A DNA stretch of 64,000 bases, from the IMG/VR virus record IMGVR_UViG_3300019757_000003, positions 32,001-96,000 of that record; one strand, 5' to 3'. The notes below the pieces were generated by a model. The model made no database searches. It was not told the origin of the DNA and saw nothing but the letters and a program-made list of their open reading frames with translations. The position numbers and the translations under genes were made by a program. This DNA comes from a virus. Positions within the stretch are counted from its first letter, which is position 1; each line of letters opens with the position of its first letter. Of the stretch, positions 1 through 9,860 are shown piece by piece.

Positions 1-1
1 A

Positions 2-280
2 AATACTGGAGAAGGTAAACCTAACTTGATGCTAATAATCCCCTTGTTCTCACACAGACAACCAAAGTCTATCAAGACTATGTCTTCTGTACTTAATGAA
101 AGGCTCCTTAGGAAATTCTCATTCGCTATCTCGGAAGACATATATGGAGAGAATCTATCTAATGGGTATGGTACACCAATTAATCTACCTAGTGTGATTA
201 ACTTAAGTGAGAACCTAGATGAAGTTAGAATAGCTTCAGACATACTAGACCAGTTCATAAAACCATGCAAGAAGAGGTAA
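2..280 (+). CDS. Hypothetical protein, 5' end outside the window
   Basis: Frame is open from base 2 (NTGEGKPNLMLIIP...) to TAA at 278-280 and overlaps the next gene. Confidence 0.6.
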   Translation, partial: NTGEGKPNLMLIIPLFSHRQPKSIKTMSSVLNERLLRKFSFAISEDIYGENLSNGYGTPINLPSVINLSENLDEVRIASDILDQFIKPCKKR

Positions 281-495
281 AGTTCAAGATAGGTGACAAG
301 GTTAGAATGCCCTCTAAAAGACCTACTAGATGGAACCCTAGTGGTGAAATGGATAAGTATTTAAACACAACACAAACTATCACACAAATAGATAGAGAAT
401 GGTTCAGCTTTGAAGGGGATGGAGATTGGGGTTTCAGACTAGATCAAGTAACATCAGTACCAAAATTCAATTACTACATAAAGAAAGGAGACTAA
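265..495 (+). CDS. Small SH3/KOW-like phage protein
   Basis: KFKIGDKVR start followed by M..Y....TI; coupled to its neighbours. Confidence 0.6.
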   Translation: MQEEVKFKIGDKVRMPSKRPTRWNPSGEMDKYLNTTQTITQIDREWFSFEGDGDWGFRLDQVTSVPKFNYYIKKGD

Positions 496-496
496 A

Positions 497-1531
497 GTGC
501 AAGGTTACTGGAAAGATAGTAATAAATTTATCAAGGATAAGATACCTTGGTATGTTAAAAATAGCAAGTTAGGACGAACCTTAAACAAAGTAGATGTATG
601 GAATCAGGAGTACAACCATACTTCATTTGGTTGGGTAGGAGACTTCTATAATAAAGTACCAATAAAGTCAGAGTACATTGAGAAACAAATATTCTTAGTA
701 ACTGTAGAGGTTATAGGTAAAGAAAATGATTGGAAGAGAGGAGTAGAGTCTGATGTAGTTATAGAACATAAGATATTAGCATATAGAACTACAAAATGGG
801 AAGGTCATTTATATGACTATGCTTTTTTACCTTATGATGAGTGGGGCTCAAGATGGTATGAGATGAATGCCTTAAATAGTAAACATAATGATTACTACAA
901 CGACCAAAAACAACAAAGAAAGTTTTGGGCTAGGGATTGGTGGAAGGATGAACACTATTCTTTGAATAACTACTTTAGGTGGAAATGGTATAACAATGGT
1001 GCAGAAGTAACTAAAGTAGAACCATATTTAATAGATGGGCTACCCCAATTTGTAACTATAGAAGAAGAGACTTTCTTAAATAGTTCAACTCCATACGGAG
1101 GAGAGATGTTAGATACTAAATACTACCTAAAAGACATTAGGATAGATTCTAATACAGTTAAAAGGTTAGAGTGGTTGGAAATAGAGAAACACTCTCAAGA
1201 CGTTACTTGGACTGAACAGAGAAGGTGGACACACAAACCTAAGACAAGCCAAGATATTTATTCAGATAAAGAGTTGAGAGAGTTTAAATATTCCATTGTG
1301 TTAGACGTTGAGGATGATTGGATGGATGAATTTAGTGATATAGACCATACAGAGGCAGATAGACAGCAATGGGATTATGATTATGATGAATCTTGGGAAG
1401 ATTACTCAGATACTACACTATTTGATGATGGAGTCTTAGACTTGGAATGGTTAGGGAGTATACCTGAAAAAGGTAAGTACTATAGTTATAAAAATGAGGA
1501 CTACTACGAGAATATGGTAGAGATAAACTAA
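497..1531 (+). CDS. Trp/Tyr-rich hypothetical protein
   Basis: 344-aa ORF, GTG start after AAGGAG. Confidence 0.75.
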   Translation: MQGYWKDSNKFIKDKIPWYVKNSKLGRTLNKVDVWNQEYNHTSFGWVGDFYNKVPIKSEYIEKQIFLVTVEVIGKENDWKRGVESDVVIEHKILAYRTTKWEGHLYDYAFLPYDEWGSRWYEMNALNSKHNDYYNDQKQQRKFWARDWWKDEHYSLNNYFRWKWYNNGAEVTKVEPYLIDGLPQFVTIEEETFLNSSTPYGGEMLDTKYYLKDIRIDSNTVKRLEWLEIEKHSQDVTWTEQRRWTHKPKTSQDIYSDKELREFKYSIVLDVEDDWMDEFSDIDHTEADRQQWDYDYDESWEDYSDTTLFDDGVLDLEWLGSIPEKGKYYSYKNEDYYENMVEIN

Positions 1532-1570
1532 GTAGGTAACTCTACTTAGATACTAAATAAAAGGAATAAA

Positions 1571-1909
1571 ATGACAGAGATAACATTTGAAGAGATGTTC
1601 AATGTAGAAAGTGACACTAGATGGGCTAATAAGATTATTATGGACTCTTTAGGCAAAACTAAGTATGACCCTAAAGAACTGTACAAAGACACTGGTAATT
1701 ACATGGTAGAGTTGTCAATAAATGGATTTACTATAGAACCAATAGATTTACATGAGTTTATAAAAAGAGAGTACCAAATTTTTATGGAACACTGGAGAAA
1801 GAGGTATGAGAATATAGAAGATGAGATCAATAGAAGAGTAGATGAGAGAGTCCAGATTATCTTAGATAAAGTGGCTGATACAGCAGAAGAACTGAGAGAA
1901 TACAAATAA
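1571..1909 (+). CDS. Hypothetical protein
   Basis: AAGGA RBS, 112 aa. Confidence 0.7.
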   Translation: MTEITFEEMFNVESDTRWANKIIMDSLGKTKYDPKELYKDTGNYMVELSINGFTIEPIDLHEFIKREYQIFMEHWRKRYENIEDEINRRVDERVQIILDKVADTAEELREYK

Positions 1910-1921
1910 AAAAGGAAAGAG

Positions 1922-2236
1922 ATGTTTAGAGGCACAGTGAGTCACAATCATCGAGAGATATGGTTAAATGGTGAGAAAACTCCTGTTGTTGAGCTAATAA
2001 ATATCTTTGATGATTGTGATAAAGAGATAAGAGATCACGCATGGATAAATGAGGAGTCCTTAAAAGGATTTATACCTAAGAATAATAGCTATAAAATAGA
2101 TATAACGTTTGAAGCAGACTTAGGGGAATATTGGAGTATTGGTAAAGACTATAGACAAGTAAAGAAACCTAAGTTTACTAATATCAGAGATATTGTATTT
2201 GTTAGAAGCTATAAAAACAAAACTAAAGGAAAGTAA
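1922..2236 (+). CDS. Hypothetical protein
   Basis: AAGGA RBS; TAATG coupling to the next gene. Confidence 0.7.
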   Translation: MFRGTVSHNHREIWLNGEKTPVVELINIFDDCDKEIRDHAWINEESLKGFIPKNNSYKIDITFEADLGEYWSIGKDYRQVKKPKFTNIRDIVFVRSYKNKTKGK

Positions 2237-2454
2237 TGAAAAAGTTAAGTGATGTAAAGTTTGATATAGACCAAAAAGTGTTTATCTTATGTACGAATAA
2301 GGTTAAGAAAGTAAAGGTGATAGGTATTAAGAGAGAAGACGATAGAATTCTCTATACATTAGAGAATGGGGAACTTAAACTTACAACAAGACAACAAGAA
2401 GATGTGTTTAGTTGTACTGAAGACTTAATTAAATCTATTACAGAAGGATTGTAA
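2236..2454 (+). CDS. Hypothetical protein (SH3-like)
   Basis: TAATG-coupled on both sides. Confidence 0.65.
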   Translation: MKKLSDVKFDIDQKVFILCTNKVKKVKVIGIKREDDRILYTLENGELKLTTRQQEDVFSCTEDLIKSITEGL

Positions 2455-3122
2455 TGCTAGATTTAGAATTAGTTAAAAAGTATAAGAAAGAGTTTGACTA
2501 TTTGGTTAATGGTGGTTCTGTATGGTTCAGATACAGAATTATAGAAGGTTCTGAGGGTAACGTTGGAATGACTGTATGGTACTTATCTAACGTAGTTGAT
2601 ACTGAATGGGAAGAAAACACCACTGACTATTGGAGCCTACCTTATACAGATTTACAAGTAGTTATCAACGATAAGTATGTTGAGTTTAGAAAAGCTTTAG
2701 CAGAAGGTAAGGTGATACAAGTAGATAAAGCAATGTTTTATGATGAAGATTTTGATGGCTTAGACTCTGATGGTTCTTATTGGATAGACATTGCTACTTC
2801 ACAGCCTACTTTTGGATTACAACCTCATTGCTATCGTATAAAACCAGCAGAACCTAAATTTAGACTAGGAGATTGGATAACAAATATAGAAACTAATGAA
2901 ACATACCAAGCTGTAGAGGAAGACTTAGAGTACGAATGTACTTTATGGGAACCTGTACACGATAAATTCTGTGTGATGTACAACACAGATACAGTCAGTC
3001 AGTTCTATATAGTAGTAAGGTATAACTACTATAATGAGATAGTGAAGAAACATTACTCAGAGTATGGTGTACATTATACTAATGTAGCTCCTATAGAGTT
3101 CTTACAAACAATAAAAGACTAG
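2454..3122 (+). CDS. Hypothetical phage protein (YRIKP motif family)
   Basis: 222 aa; AEGKVIQ...YRIKP..PKFRLGDW. Confidence 0.7.
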   Translation: MLDLELVKKYKKEFDYLVNGGSVWFRYRIIEGSEGNVGMTVWYLSNVVDTEWEENTTDYWSLPYTDLQVVINDKYVEFRKALAEGKVIQVDKAMFYDEDFDGLDSDGSYWIDIATSQPTFGLQPHCYRIKPAEPKFRLGDWITNIETNETYQAVEEDLEYECTLWEPVHDKFCVMYNTDTVSQFYIVVRYNYYNEIVKKHYSEYGVHYTNVAPIEFLQTIKD

Positions 3123-3258
3123 TTGGTAGCATTAGAGATATGTAAGTCCTTTCAATAAAACCATCGGAGTGATTAAATTTTAGCTTTGTGAAACACCTAG
3201 CGACAACCGTAAAGTTATAGTAGTATTTGGTCTACTATCTTAAATTAAAAGGAATAAA

Positions 3259-4296
3259 ATGATAGAAACAAAGTTTAACATAGGTGGAACTACAGTAGGT
3301 GTAGTTAAGATTGATACAAATAGTTTGGTAAGTGAAGTGCCTAATAAGATTTATACTGTAAAGTATAATGAACAAGTAGACGAGTATTATTTGGGTTTAA
3401 TACAAGACAATTATAAAGAGAATTTACCTAAAAAAATGTATGGTATTCAAGGTAGGCAAAGTAAGATTATTACAACATTCAAAGATAGAAAAAAATCTAC
3501 TGGTGTATTATTATCAGGTGATAGTGGTGTAGGTAAAACTCAACTGATGATTGGGATTGCAGAAGAGCTGAGAGAAGAAGGTATACCAATTATCTTAGTA
3601 GAGTCTAAATTCTATGGAGAAGTATTTAATGACTTCATTAGTTCTCTAGGAGTTTGTGTAGTACTATTTGATGAGTTTGCTAAGATTTATGATAAGCAAC
3701 AAGAGAATTTGTTATCTCTACTAGATGGTACAACCTCAAGTAAGAAGTTATACATCTTTACTGAGAACAACTCTAATAGCATAAACGATTATATTTTAAA
3801 TAGACCTGGAAGAGCTTATTACCACTTCAAATATACTAAACTAGAGCTAGAAGTAGTGAACGAGTACTTAGCTGAAACAGAGATTACAGATACTAACAAA
3901 GAAGAATTACTAGAGTACTACTCTAAAGTAGATAAATTTAGCTTTGATACCCTACAAGCAATTGTAAGCCAGTGTAGTAGATTTCCAGAAGATACTATGA
4001 AAGAAGTGTTAACAGAGCTTAATGTACCTGTTACGATGAGTGATAGAACTAAATATCGAGTTCTTAAGTTACTTAAAGATGGTAAAGATATTACAAAGAA
4101 AGTTACTAGTGTATATGTAGACCGTAGGTCACTAGATTTATACATTAGAAGAGGTAAAAACCCTAATTACAACATTGTCTTTTATGATAAAAAGGAATTA
4201 CCAGATGGTAGAGTAGTCTATAGAACTGAGGATGATGGTAATATTTACGAAGTAACGGCAGTAAAAGAGTTAGTAAATCTTTGGGGTGCTTACTAA
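3259..4296 (+). CDS. AAA+ ATPase
   Basis: Walker A GDSGVGKT, Walker B VVLFDEF, LLSLLDG, NRPGR arginine-finger motif. Confidence 0.9.
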   Translation: MIETKFNIGGTTVGVVKIDTNSLVSEVPNKIYTVKYNEQVDEYYLGLIQDNYKENLPKKMYGIQGRQSKIITTFKDRKKSTGVLLSGDSGVGKTQLMIGIAEELREEGIPIILVESKFYGEVFNDFISSLGVCVVLFDEFAKIYDKQQENLLSLLDGTTSSKKLYIFTENNSNSINDYILNRPGRAYYHFKYTKLELEVVNEYLAETEITDTNKEELLEYYSKVDKFSFDTLQAIVSQCSRFPEDTMKEVLTELNVPVTMSDRTKYRVLKLLKDGKDITKKVTSVYVDRRSLDLYIRRGKNPNYNIVFYDKKELPDGRVVYRTEDDGNIYEVTAVKELVNLWGAY

Positions 4297-4740
4297 GTGA
4301 CAGAAGCATTACTACAACAATCAATAGTCCAACACTTCAAAACTATGTATAGTCCATTAATGATTGAATCATCTTGGAATGGAATTAACCTTAGTCCAAT
4401 GACACAAGTTCAGAAAGCTAAGATTATGTCAGATTTTTATGGTCAAGGTGGTATTAAGGGGTCTTCAGACTTAAAGGTGTACTTACCTGATATGAAAATG
4501 CTACATATAGAATTAAAGAACCCATCAATAGCTGACGGTAAAGGTCAATCACCTAGTCAAGTAAAAGTACAGAAAGACTTAGAAGCTATAGGACATAAGT
4601 ACTACTTAGTAAATAGTTCAGATAAATTCTTCAAAATAATCAATGACAACCTATCAGTAGAGTATAGACAAGAGCTACTAGAGAACTATAGTGGAGAATA
4701 CACTATAGAAATGGTAAAACAACAATATAATTTGGAGTAA
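4297..4740 (+). CDS. VRR-NUC domain nuclease
   Basis: EA.LQ..IV, G..G.SDL, HIELK, QSPSQ...Q..L...G..Y.LV.S pattern. Confidence 0.8.
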   Translation: MTEALLQQSIVQHFKTMYSPLMIESSWNGINLSPMTQVQKAKIMSDFYGQGGIKGSSDLKVYLPDMKMLHIELKNPSIADGKGQSPSQVKVQKDLEAIGHKYYLVNSSDKFFKIINDNLSVEYRQELLENYSGEYTIEMVKQQYNLE

Positions 4741-4742
4741 AG

Positions 4743-5342
4743 ATGCAAGGATTATGGAAGAATAAGATAGGTGGATTAAATCGTAAAGGTATTACCAGAC
4801 GGAAACAAACCTTTAAACACTTATTAAAAGATAAAGGTAACTACCACTTTAAAAGAAAGACACAAGGTGTACTTCACTATGAAGATGAAATTATCTGGAC
4901 TAGTGACATACCAGAATCTAAAACGATAATGGTTGACATTGTGTTATTAGCTATTAACTACATAGACTATACAGTAACAATACCAGCTATGTATTATGAC
5001 GATAAATGGAGGGCTTTAAATGGTGATAGAGCTTATTACCATAGAAAGCAAGAACCTTATAGGTTTACACCATTACATAAAATAGGAACTAAAAGTGTTG
5101 AAGTTAAACCATACAGAGGCAGAGATTACTGTACAGTAGATACCTCTTACAAGGCTTTTATGTATGGTAGACCAGTACACTATAGAACAGGGATTTACTC
5201 TATAGGAGCTAAGAAACCTTGTAAAAAACTAGCTAATAGGACAGACAGAGCTAAGTTAAAGAATTGGTTAAGCAATGGTGATTGGAGTAAAGAAATTAAG
5301 ACTCACTCATTATCAAAGTCTATAGCTTGGTGTAGAGATTAG
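4743..5342 (+). CDS. Basic hypothetical protein
   Basis: 199 aa; C-terminal KKLANRTDRAKLK...AW. Confidence 0.7.
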   Translation: MQGLWKNKIGGLNRKGITRRKQTFKHLLKDKGNYHFKRKTQGVLHYEDEIIWTSDIPESKTIMVDIVLLAINYIDYTVTIPAMYYDDKWRALNGDRAYYHRKQEPYRFTPLHKIGTKSVEVKPYRGRDYCTVDTSYKAFMYGRPVHYRTGIYSIGAKKPCKKLANRTDRAKLKNWLSNGDWSKEIKTHSLSKSIAWCRD

Positions 5343-5385
5343 AGGTGTACTTTAAGTACAAAACAATTAAATAAAAGGAATAAAG

Positions 5386-5595
5386 ATGAAAGCAATAATA
5401 TTGGCAATAGCACTATCTACTCAAGTATTTAGTACACAAATAGAAGTGATGAGTGTACAAACACTCAACTCGTATCTAAGAACTTGCTATAATGAAGTCT
5501 ATTATATGACAGTTATCAGATATGTGAAGTCTGGTATAGTAGATAGAGTTTACTGTCAAAATTTAGGTCCAGTAGGAACTATAATAGAACTTTAA
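5386..5595 (+). CDS. Small protein with a signal-peptide-like N-terminus
   Basis: MKAIILAIALSTQVFS; AAGGA RBS. Confidence 0.6.
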   Translation: MKAIILAIALSTQVFSTQIEVMSVQTLNSYLRTCYNEVYYMTVIRYVKSGIVDRVYCQNLGPVGTIIEL

Positions 5596-5602
5596 GAGTT
5601 AA

Positions 5603-5847
5603 GAGGTTTTAGTGAGAACTATTCAACAATAAAATATAAGGAAATAACATGACAACAAAAGTAATTAGTACGTGTAACAGAGATAGAAATAGTAAATGGG
5701 CTAACGGAACAACTAGAAGAACTACTAAGGGTATGAAGATGGTAGTAGAACACACAGTAGTAGCTGGTGGTAAGATTAAATCAGTAACTAGATATGTATA
5801 AGCAACCTTAATTGGTTGTTGAGGTTTTAGCTTATGCTATTCAACAA
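5603..5847 (+). repeat. Two copies of GAGGTTTTAG-N6-CTATTCAACAA (5603-5629, 5821-5847), each upstream of an RBS
   Basis: 21 identical bases with a variable 6-nt middle, read directly. Confidence 0.75.
5649..5801 (+). CDS. 50-aa basic protein missing from the ORF track
   Basis: AAGGA RBS; MTTKVISTCNRDRNSKWANG...SVTRYV*. Confidence 0.55.
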   Translation: MTTKVISTCNRDRNSKWANGTTRRTTKGMKMVVEHTVVAGGKIKSVTRYV

Positions 5848-5870
5848 ATTTTAAAATAAAGGAATGAAAT

Positions 5871-6437
5871 ATGAAAATAGGTAACGGATATAAATACACA
5901 GACGAGTTCAGAAAAAAAGTAACTGAAGACTATAAGAGATTGAATAGAGGTAATAAAACCTGTTCTATAAGTAAAGTAGCTAGAGCATTTGGAGTATCTC
6001 CATCAACTTTAAATATTTGGTTAGGGAATAAACAACCATCTGTATCTGTAACGATTAAAAATAATACAATTACCTATAAAGGTAAGATATTTGTATTTGA
6101 ATCTAAAACTCCAGTAGAATTAACTAAAACCCAACTAAGAGAAGAAGGTAAAAAACTAGTTAAAGAGTTTAATAAAGTAAGTTTTACTATGTTGGCTGAT
6201 ATGGATTCAGATAGTGAGTACTTTAAGACAACTAGTAGATTACTAAGAACTAAGATATTTGGAGAATTGCAAACAACTATATTTAAAGTCGATGCAACTC
6301 CAGAGAACATCTGGGACTCTGTATTAGCTACTAGAGAGAAGTTACTAGAGAGAAATACTAAGCTAAGAGAGTTGATTGCTGACATTAACAATAGAAGTAT
6401 CTGTAGTTACAGACAACTACTATTAGAACTTAAGTAA
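5871..6437 (+). CDS. HTH DNA-binding protein (HTH_Tnp_1-like N-terminus)
   Basis: YTDEFRKK...SISKVARAFGVSPSTLNIW. Confidence 0.75.
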   Translation: MKIGNGYKYTDEFRKKVTEDYKRLNRGNKTCSISKVARAFGVSPSTLNIWLGNKQPSVSVTIKNNTITYKGKIFVFESKTPVELTKTQLREEGKKLVKEFNKVSFTMLADMDSDSEYFKTTSRLLRTKIFGELQTTIFKVDATPENIWDSVLATREKLLERNTKLRELIADINNRSICSYRQLLLELK

Positions 6438-6460
6438 TGTCTAATAACTATAATACCTCT

Positions 6461-6492
6461 ACAGTATATAGATAACTAGCTTATGCTATAAT
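6461..6492 (+). promoter_or_regulatory. Host sigma70 extended -10 promoter (TGcTATAAT)
   Basis: TG at 6484-6485 and TATAAT at 6487-6492, 23 nt upstream of the ferritin-like ATG. Confidence 0.65.
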
Positions 6493-6515
6493 ACAAAACC
6501 AAAACAAGGATTAAT

Positions 6516-6881
6516 ATGACAATAGAAAAGTTACTAGGGACATTGTTCCTATCAAGAGAGGTCAGTCACAGAGAACATCTGAAGACTAAGAGCGATGCTA
6601 ATCACAGAGCTTTAGAAGAGTTTTATGACTCTATACTAGATTGTACAGATGCTATAGCAGAAGCGTACATGGGTAGACATGGAGTATGTTTAGATGTCCC
6701 TATCTTAACAGAAGAGACTAAAGGTAAAGACATTAGTACCTTACTTAGAGGTCACCTGACTAGGGTAGAGAAATATAGATACACAGCCATAGAAAGGACA
6801 GATACCTCAATTCAAGGTATTATGGATGCAACTGTAGCTAAGTACTTAAAAGTGCTATTTAAACTAAATAATCTTAAATAA
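6516..6881 (+). CDS. Ferritin/Dps-like four-helix-bundle protein (DUF5856-like)
   Basis: H..HL.T.S.A.H.AL.EFYD...D...EAYMG..G. Confidence 0.8.
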   Translation: MTIEKLLGTLFLSREVSHREHLKTKSDANHRALEEFYDSILDCTDAIAEAYMGRHGVCLDVPILTEETKGKDISTLLRGHLTRVEKYRYTAIERTDTSIQGIMDATVAKYLKVLFKLNNLK

Positions 6882-7140
6882 GGAGGTTATTATGAACCTA
6901 ATGGCATAACATACAGTCACCCTAACTATAACTGGTAAGTACTAACAATGATTAAAGCATACCATAGACAACACTGAGTCTATAAAATAGTGTATGGAGA
7001 GTTAAGAAGCCAGAAATAATAGAATCTAACACAAGGGTCAGTGGTCTGAATAACAAAAGGCGACACTAAGGTATGTAAAGTGTACTGTGAGTAGAAATCT
7101 CATCTGAACCACAAAAAAAAACAAACTAAAGGAAACGACA

Positions 7141-7419
7141 ATGGCAAAAATTAAAGCAGGAACAACAACAGAGAGACAACCAGAGTTATTAGGAACAGTA
7201 GTACAAGGTAGAGTAGTTAGATTCTTTAACACATCTTTTGAAGATGCTATAGGAGATGATGCACAAGATAAACTATTTATGGTACTTGATAAAGTAAACA
7301 ATAAAGGGGATACAATTGGGTTAGTACCTATTTCAGGAAAAGGTTCCATTATTTATAGGACTAAAGACTTCCCAGTATTCTCGCACGAGGTAGAAATCAC
7401 AGTGTTTAAGGGAAACTAA
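7141..7419 (+). CDS. Hypothetical protein
   Basis: AAGGA RBS, 92 aa. Confidence 0.7.
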   Translation: MAKIKAGTTTERQPELLGTVVQGRVVRFFNTSFEDAIGDDAQDKLFMVLDKVNNKGDTIGLVPISGKGSIIYRTKDFPVFSHEVEITVFKGN

Positions 7420-7605
7420 CCAAACTAGGTCAAGTAAATGTCCTTCATAGTCCACAAGCTACACAAGGTAGATTAAAATGGAGATAGTAAAACAATGTAC
7501 ACTTGGTAACTAAGAATTAGTTACAAGAAGTCTATAGACAGAGGAACCTTAGAACAGTTCCTTTAGTGTGTAGACACACAAAATAACAAATTAAAAGGAT
7601 AGAAA

Positions 7606-8262
7606 ATGGGTTTAGATCAAAATATAAATAGTATAAACAGAGTTAAACAAGAGAGATTATCAGCAAGAATTAAGAAGTTAGAGAAAGTAATTCACAAAGC
7701 TGTAGATGATGTACACTTAGAGTACGTCACCGATGCAACTGAAAGATTAGAGGTATTTGCAGATAAGTATAAAGACATATTAACAGATACTAGAGATGAG
7801 TCAGCCATAACATACTTAATTGGATTAGTAAGAATATACTCTTATGGTAACAGAGGCAGTGAAGCTATGCAATGGGAGATGTTCAATAACTATTCACAAT
7901 TTGGAGATATATTTGAGACTGTACCTAATCAAGAAGAGATAACAGAAGAGTTTATAGAAATAGCTAAAGACTATATGTTACCAGAAGATATTAGAGCTAA
8001 AATAAAAGAGTTTAATGAAGCTTCAAGAGAGATAAGTGAACTAACAACAGAAGAAGCTTACTGGAGAAAATACCACAACCTTAATAACTTTATGTGTGGA
8101 GAGTTTGGTGCTGATAATGTAGAAGAGACAGAGCTTACTCATGGAGATATGATTAAAGTATATCAATTTATTAAAAGAGACGGTGAAGATGTGTCACAAG
8201 TAGAAGATATACTAGATAACTGGGATGAAACAAAAAAGTATTACTACTACCCTTGGTGGTAG
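7606..8262 (+). CDS. Conserved phage protein (MGLD...YWRK...YY..WW family)
   Basis: N-terminal MGLDQ, EAYWRK.H.L..FM, C-terminal YYYYPWW. Confidence 0.75.
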   Translation: MGLDQNINSINRVKQERLSARIKKLEKVIHKAVDDVHLEYVTDATERLEVFADKYKDILTDTRDESAITYLIGLVRIYSYGNRGSEAMQWEMFNNYSQFGDIFETVPNQEEITEEFIEIAKDYMLPEDIRAKIKEFNEASREISELTTEEAYWRKYHNLNNFMCGEFGADNVEETELTHGDMIKVYQFIKRDGEDVSQVEDILDNWDETKKYYYYPWW

Positions 8263-8507
8263 TGGACATAAAATTAAAAGGATGAAAATGGCAAATAAAC
8301 TAGAAATAAGGATAGACACAGCGTTTGGCGAAGACTGTAGAGGTAAATTTATGAAATATAGATCAACTCTTAACGAGGAATTAACAAACCAATGGGTTAC
8401 ACTACTTTACGATAAGATAGACCAATTATACTTAGAGAATATGCCAGATAATGAATTTTACAAATTGTGTACTAGTATAGATACAGAAAAACAAAGAAGG
8501 ATTAAAG

Positions 8508-8690
8508 ATGTGGTTAGCAGTAGATAAAGATGGCTCAGAATATACTTATGACAAAGAACCTGTGAGAGAGCAGACTTGGTTTGAAGGTAGATCTTGTATT
8601 AATGCAGTAGAACTACCTAAAGGTACAATAACCAAACTATTAGGTAGAGAGCTAGACTGGGAAGATGAACCAGTAGAATATAAAGGATAA
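8508..8690 (+). CDS. Small conserved phage protein (WLAVDKDG...EDEP family)
   Basis: MWLAVDKDGSE...LPKGTI.KLLGREL.WEDEP. Confidence 0.7.
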   Translation: MWLAVDKDGSEYTYDKEPVREQTWFEGRSCINAVELPKGTITKLLGRELDWEDEPVEYKG

Positions 8691-8918
8691 CAATGTATAC
8701 ATTGACACAAAATGGAGAGTATGTAGGAGTACCTACAAGTATGCTTATAGCAATATCTGAGAGTAAAGAACTTCTTAGACAAGAAGCTTATAAAGATTTA
8801 AGGGAAAACTACCCTAAGTACGTAGGTGCTAAGTTTGATGGAGATACACTAGAAATTTACCCAGGTGAGGAGTACACTATAGATAGTATAGAACCATTAG
8901 TGTATAGGGATATTAGTT

Positions 8919-9371
8919 ATGGAGAAAAATAAATTAATTAGCTATATCAAAGAAAATAAGGATGTCCTTGGTGTAGATTTATACTGGGTAAGCTCTTTTG
9001 TTCCTTTGAGGACAAAGGGAGATGAGCACAGAAATAGAGCAATTCAACACATATATGACTTTCTAAAAATAATTGTAGAAGGTACATTTAATGAAAAGTT
9101 AGAAGCTGTAGAAAAATACAATAATCTTAGGGTAGCTGAAGAATGGTGTATAGCACATAATAGAATCTATATAACTTTGCTCATTTCTGAACTGAAAAAA
9201 GGCAACTATGGTACTGAACAATATCCTGATAGCTTCAAAAAACATATTAAATATTTAAAAAGATGTGGTAGTGAATTTGAACCTAGCTTAAAACAAATTG
9301 TCAAGGTACGAAAAATGAAAACTATTAAAGAACGTATTTCTAGGTACAATAGGATATACAGGAGTAGTTAA
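8919..9371 (+). CDS. Hypothetical protein
   Basis: 150-aa ORF within the operon. Confidence 0.6.
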   Translation: MEKNKLISYIKENKDVLGVDLYWVSSFVPLRTKGDEHRNRAIQHIYDFLKIIVEGTFNEKLEAVEKYNNLRVAEEWCIAHNRIYITLLISELKKGNYGTEQYPDSFKKHIKYLKRCGSEFEPSLKQIVKVRKMKTIKERISRYNRIYRSS

Positions 9372-9402
9372 GGCTACCTAACTTAAAATTAAAGGAAAAG
9401 AT

Positions 9403-9777
9403 ATGAGTACATATAAAGATATGGCTGACTACATAAAAGATAGTTTAGACTTAGGACATTGTAGAGAAGATTGTTTAGACATCAAGAGACTAGAAATGGA
9501 AGACCTATACTCAAGAGTAGTTTACACAGATAAGAAAGAGATTATTAGTAAATTACTACAAGGAGAGAAGTTCTTTCATAAGATTAAGTATGGACATACA
9601 TCAGGTTGGTCTACTGCAGAAGTAGGATTTAGTGATGGTGAGTTTATATTAAGTACAAACGGAATTCAATTCAACAAATTTGATATTAATAATCTCGCAG
9701 AGGTATTTACATCAGATTTTTATAGTTTACTTGAAAAAGAAGAGTATAACAAGGTTAAATGGGACTTAAAGCTATGA
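9403..9777 (+). CDS. Hypothetical protein
   Basis: AAGGA RBS, 124 aa. Confidence 0.65.
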   Translation: MSTYKDMADYIKDSLDLGHCREDCLDIKRLEMEDLYSRVVYTDKKEIISKLLQGEKFFHKIKYGHTSGWSTAEVGFSDGEFILSTNGIQFNKFDINNLAEVFTSDFYSLLEKEEYNKVKWDLKL

Positions 9778-9860
9778 GAATAATAGAGAAACACTAATAC
9801 TCAGGCGAAGAAGTAGAAGTATTAGAGTTAGATAAATTAATAGAAATTAAAGGATTGTAG
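9774..9860 (+). pseudogene. Gene relic with an internal TAA (MRIIEKH*YSGEEVEVLELDKLIEIKGL*)
   Basis: ATGA-coupled to the upstream gene, TAG-ATG abutting the downstream gene, in-frame TAA at 9795-9797. Confidence 0.4.

Noticed and set aside
3123-3240. Riboswitch upstream of the AAA ATPase
   Set aside because: Some pairing and a terminal hairpin (3217-3238), but no recognisable aptamer consensus.
5871-6437. IS3-family transposase OrfA
   Set aside because: Only the HTH matches; there is no DDE OrfB, frameshift signal or terminal inverted repeat.
6920-6940. TAACTATAAC similarity to the 23S rRNA I-CeuI site
   Set aside because: Only a 10-nt AT-rich match with no further rRNA similarity.
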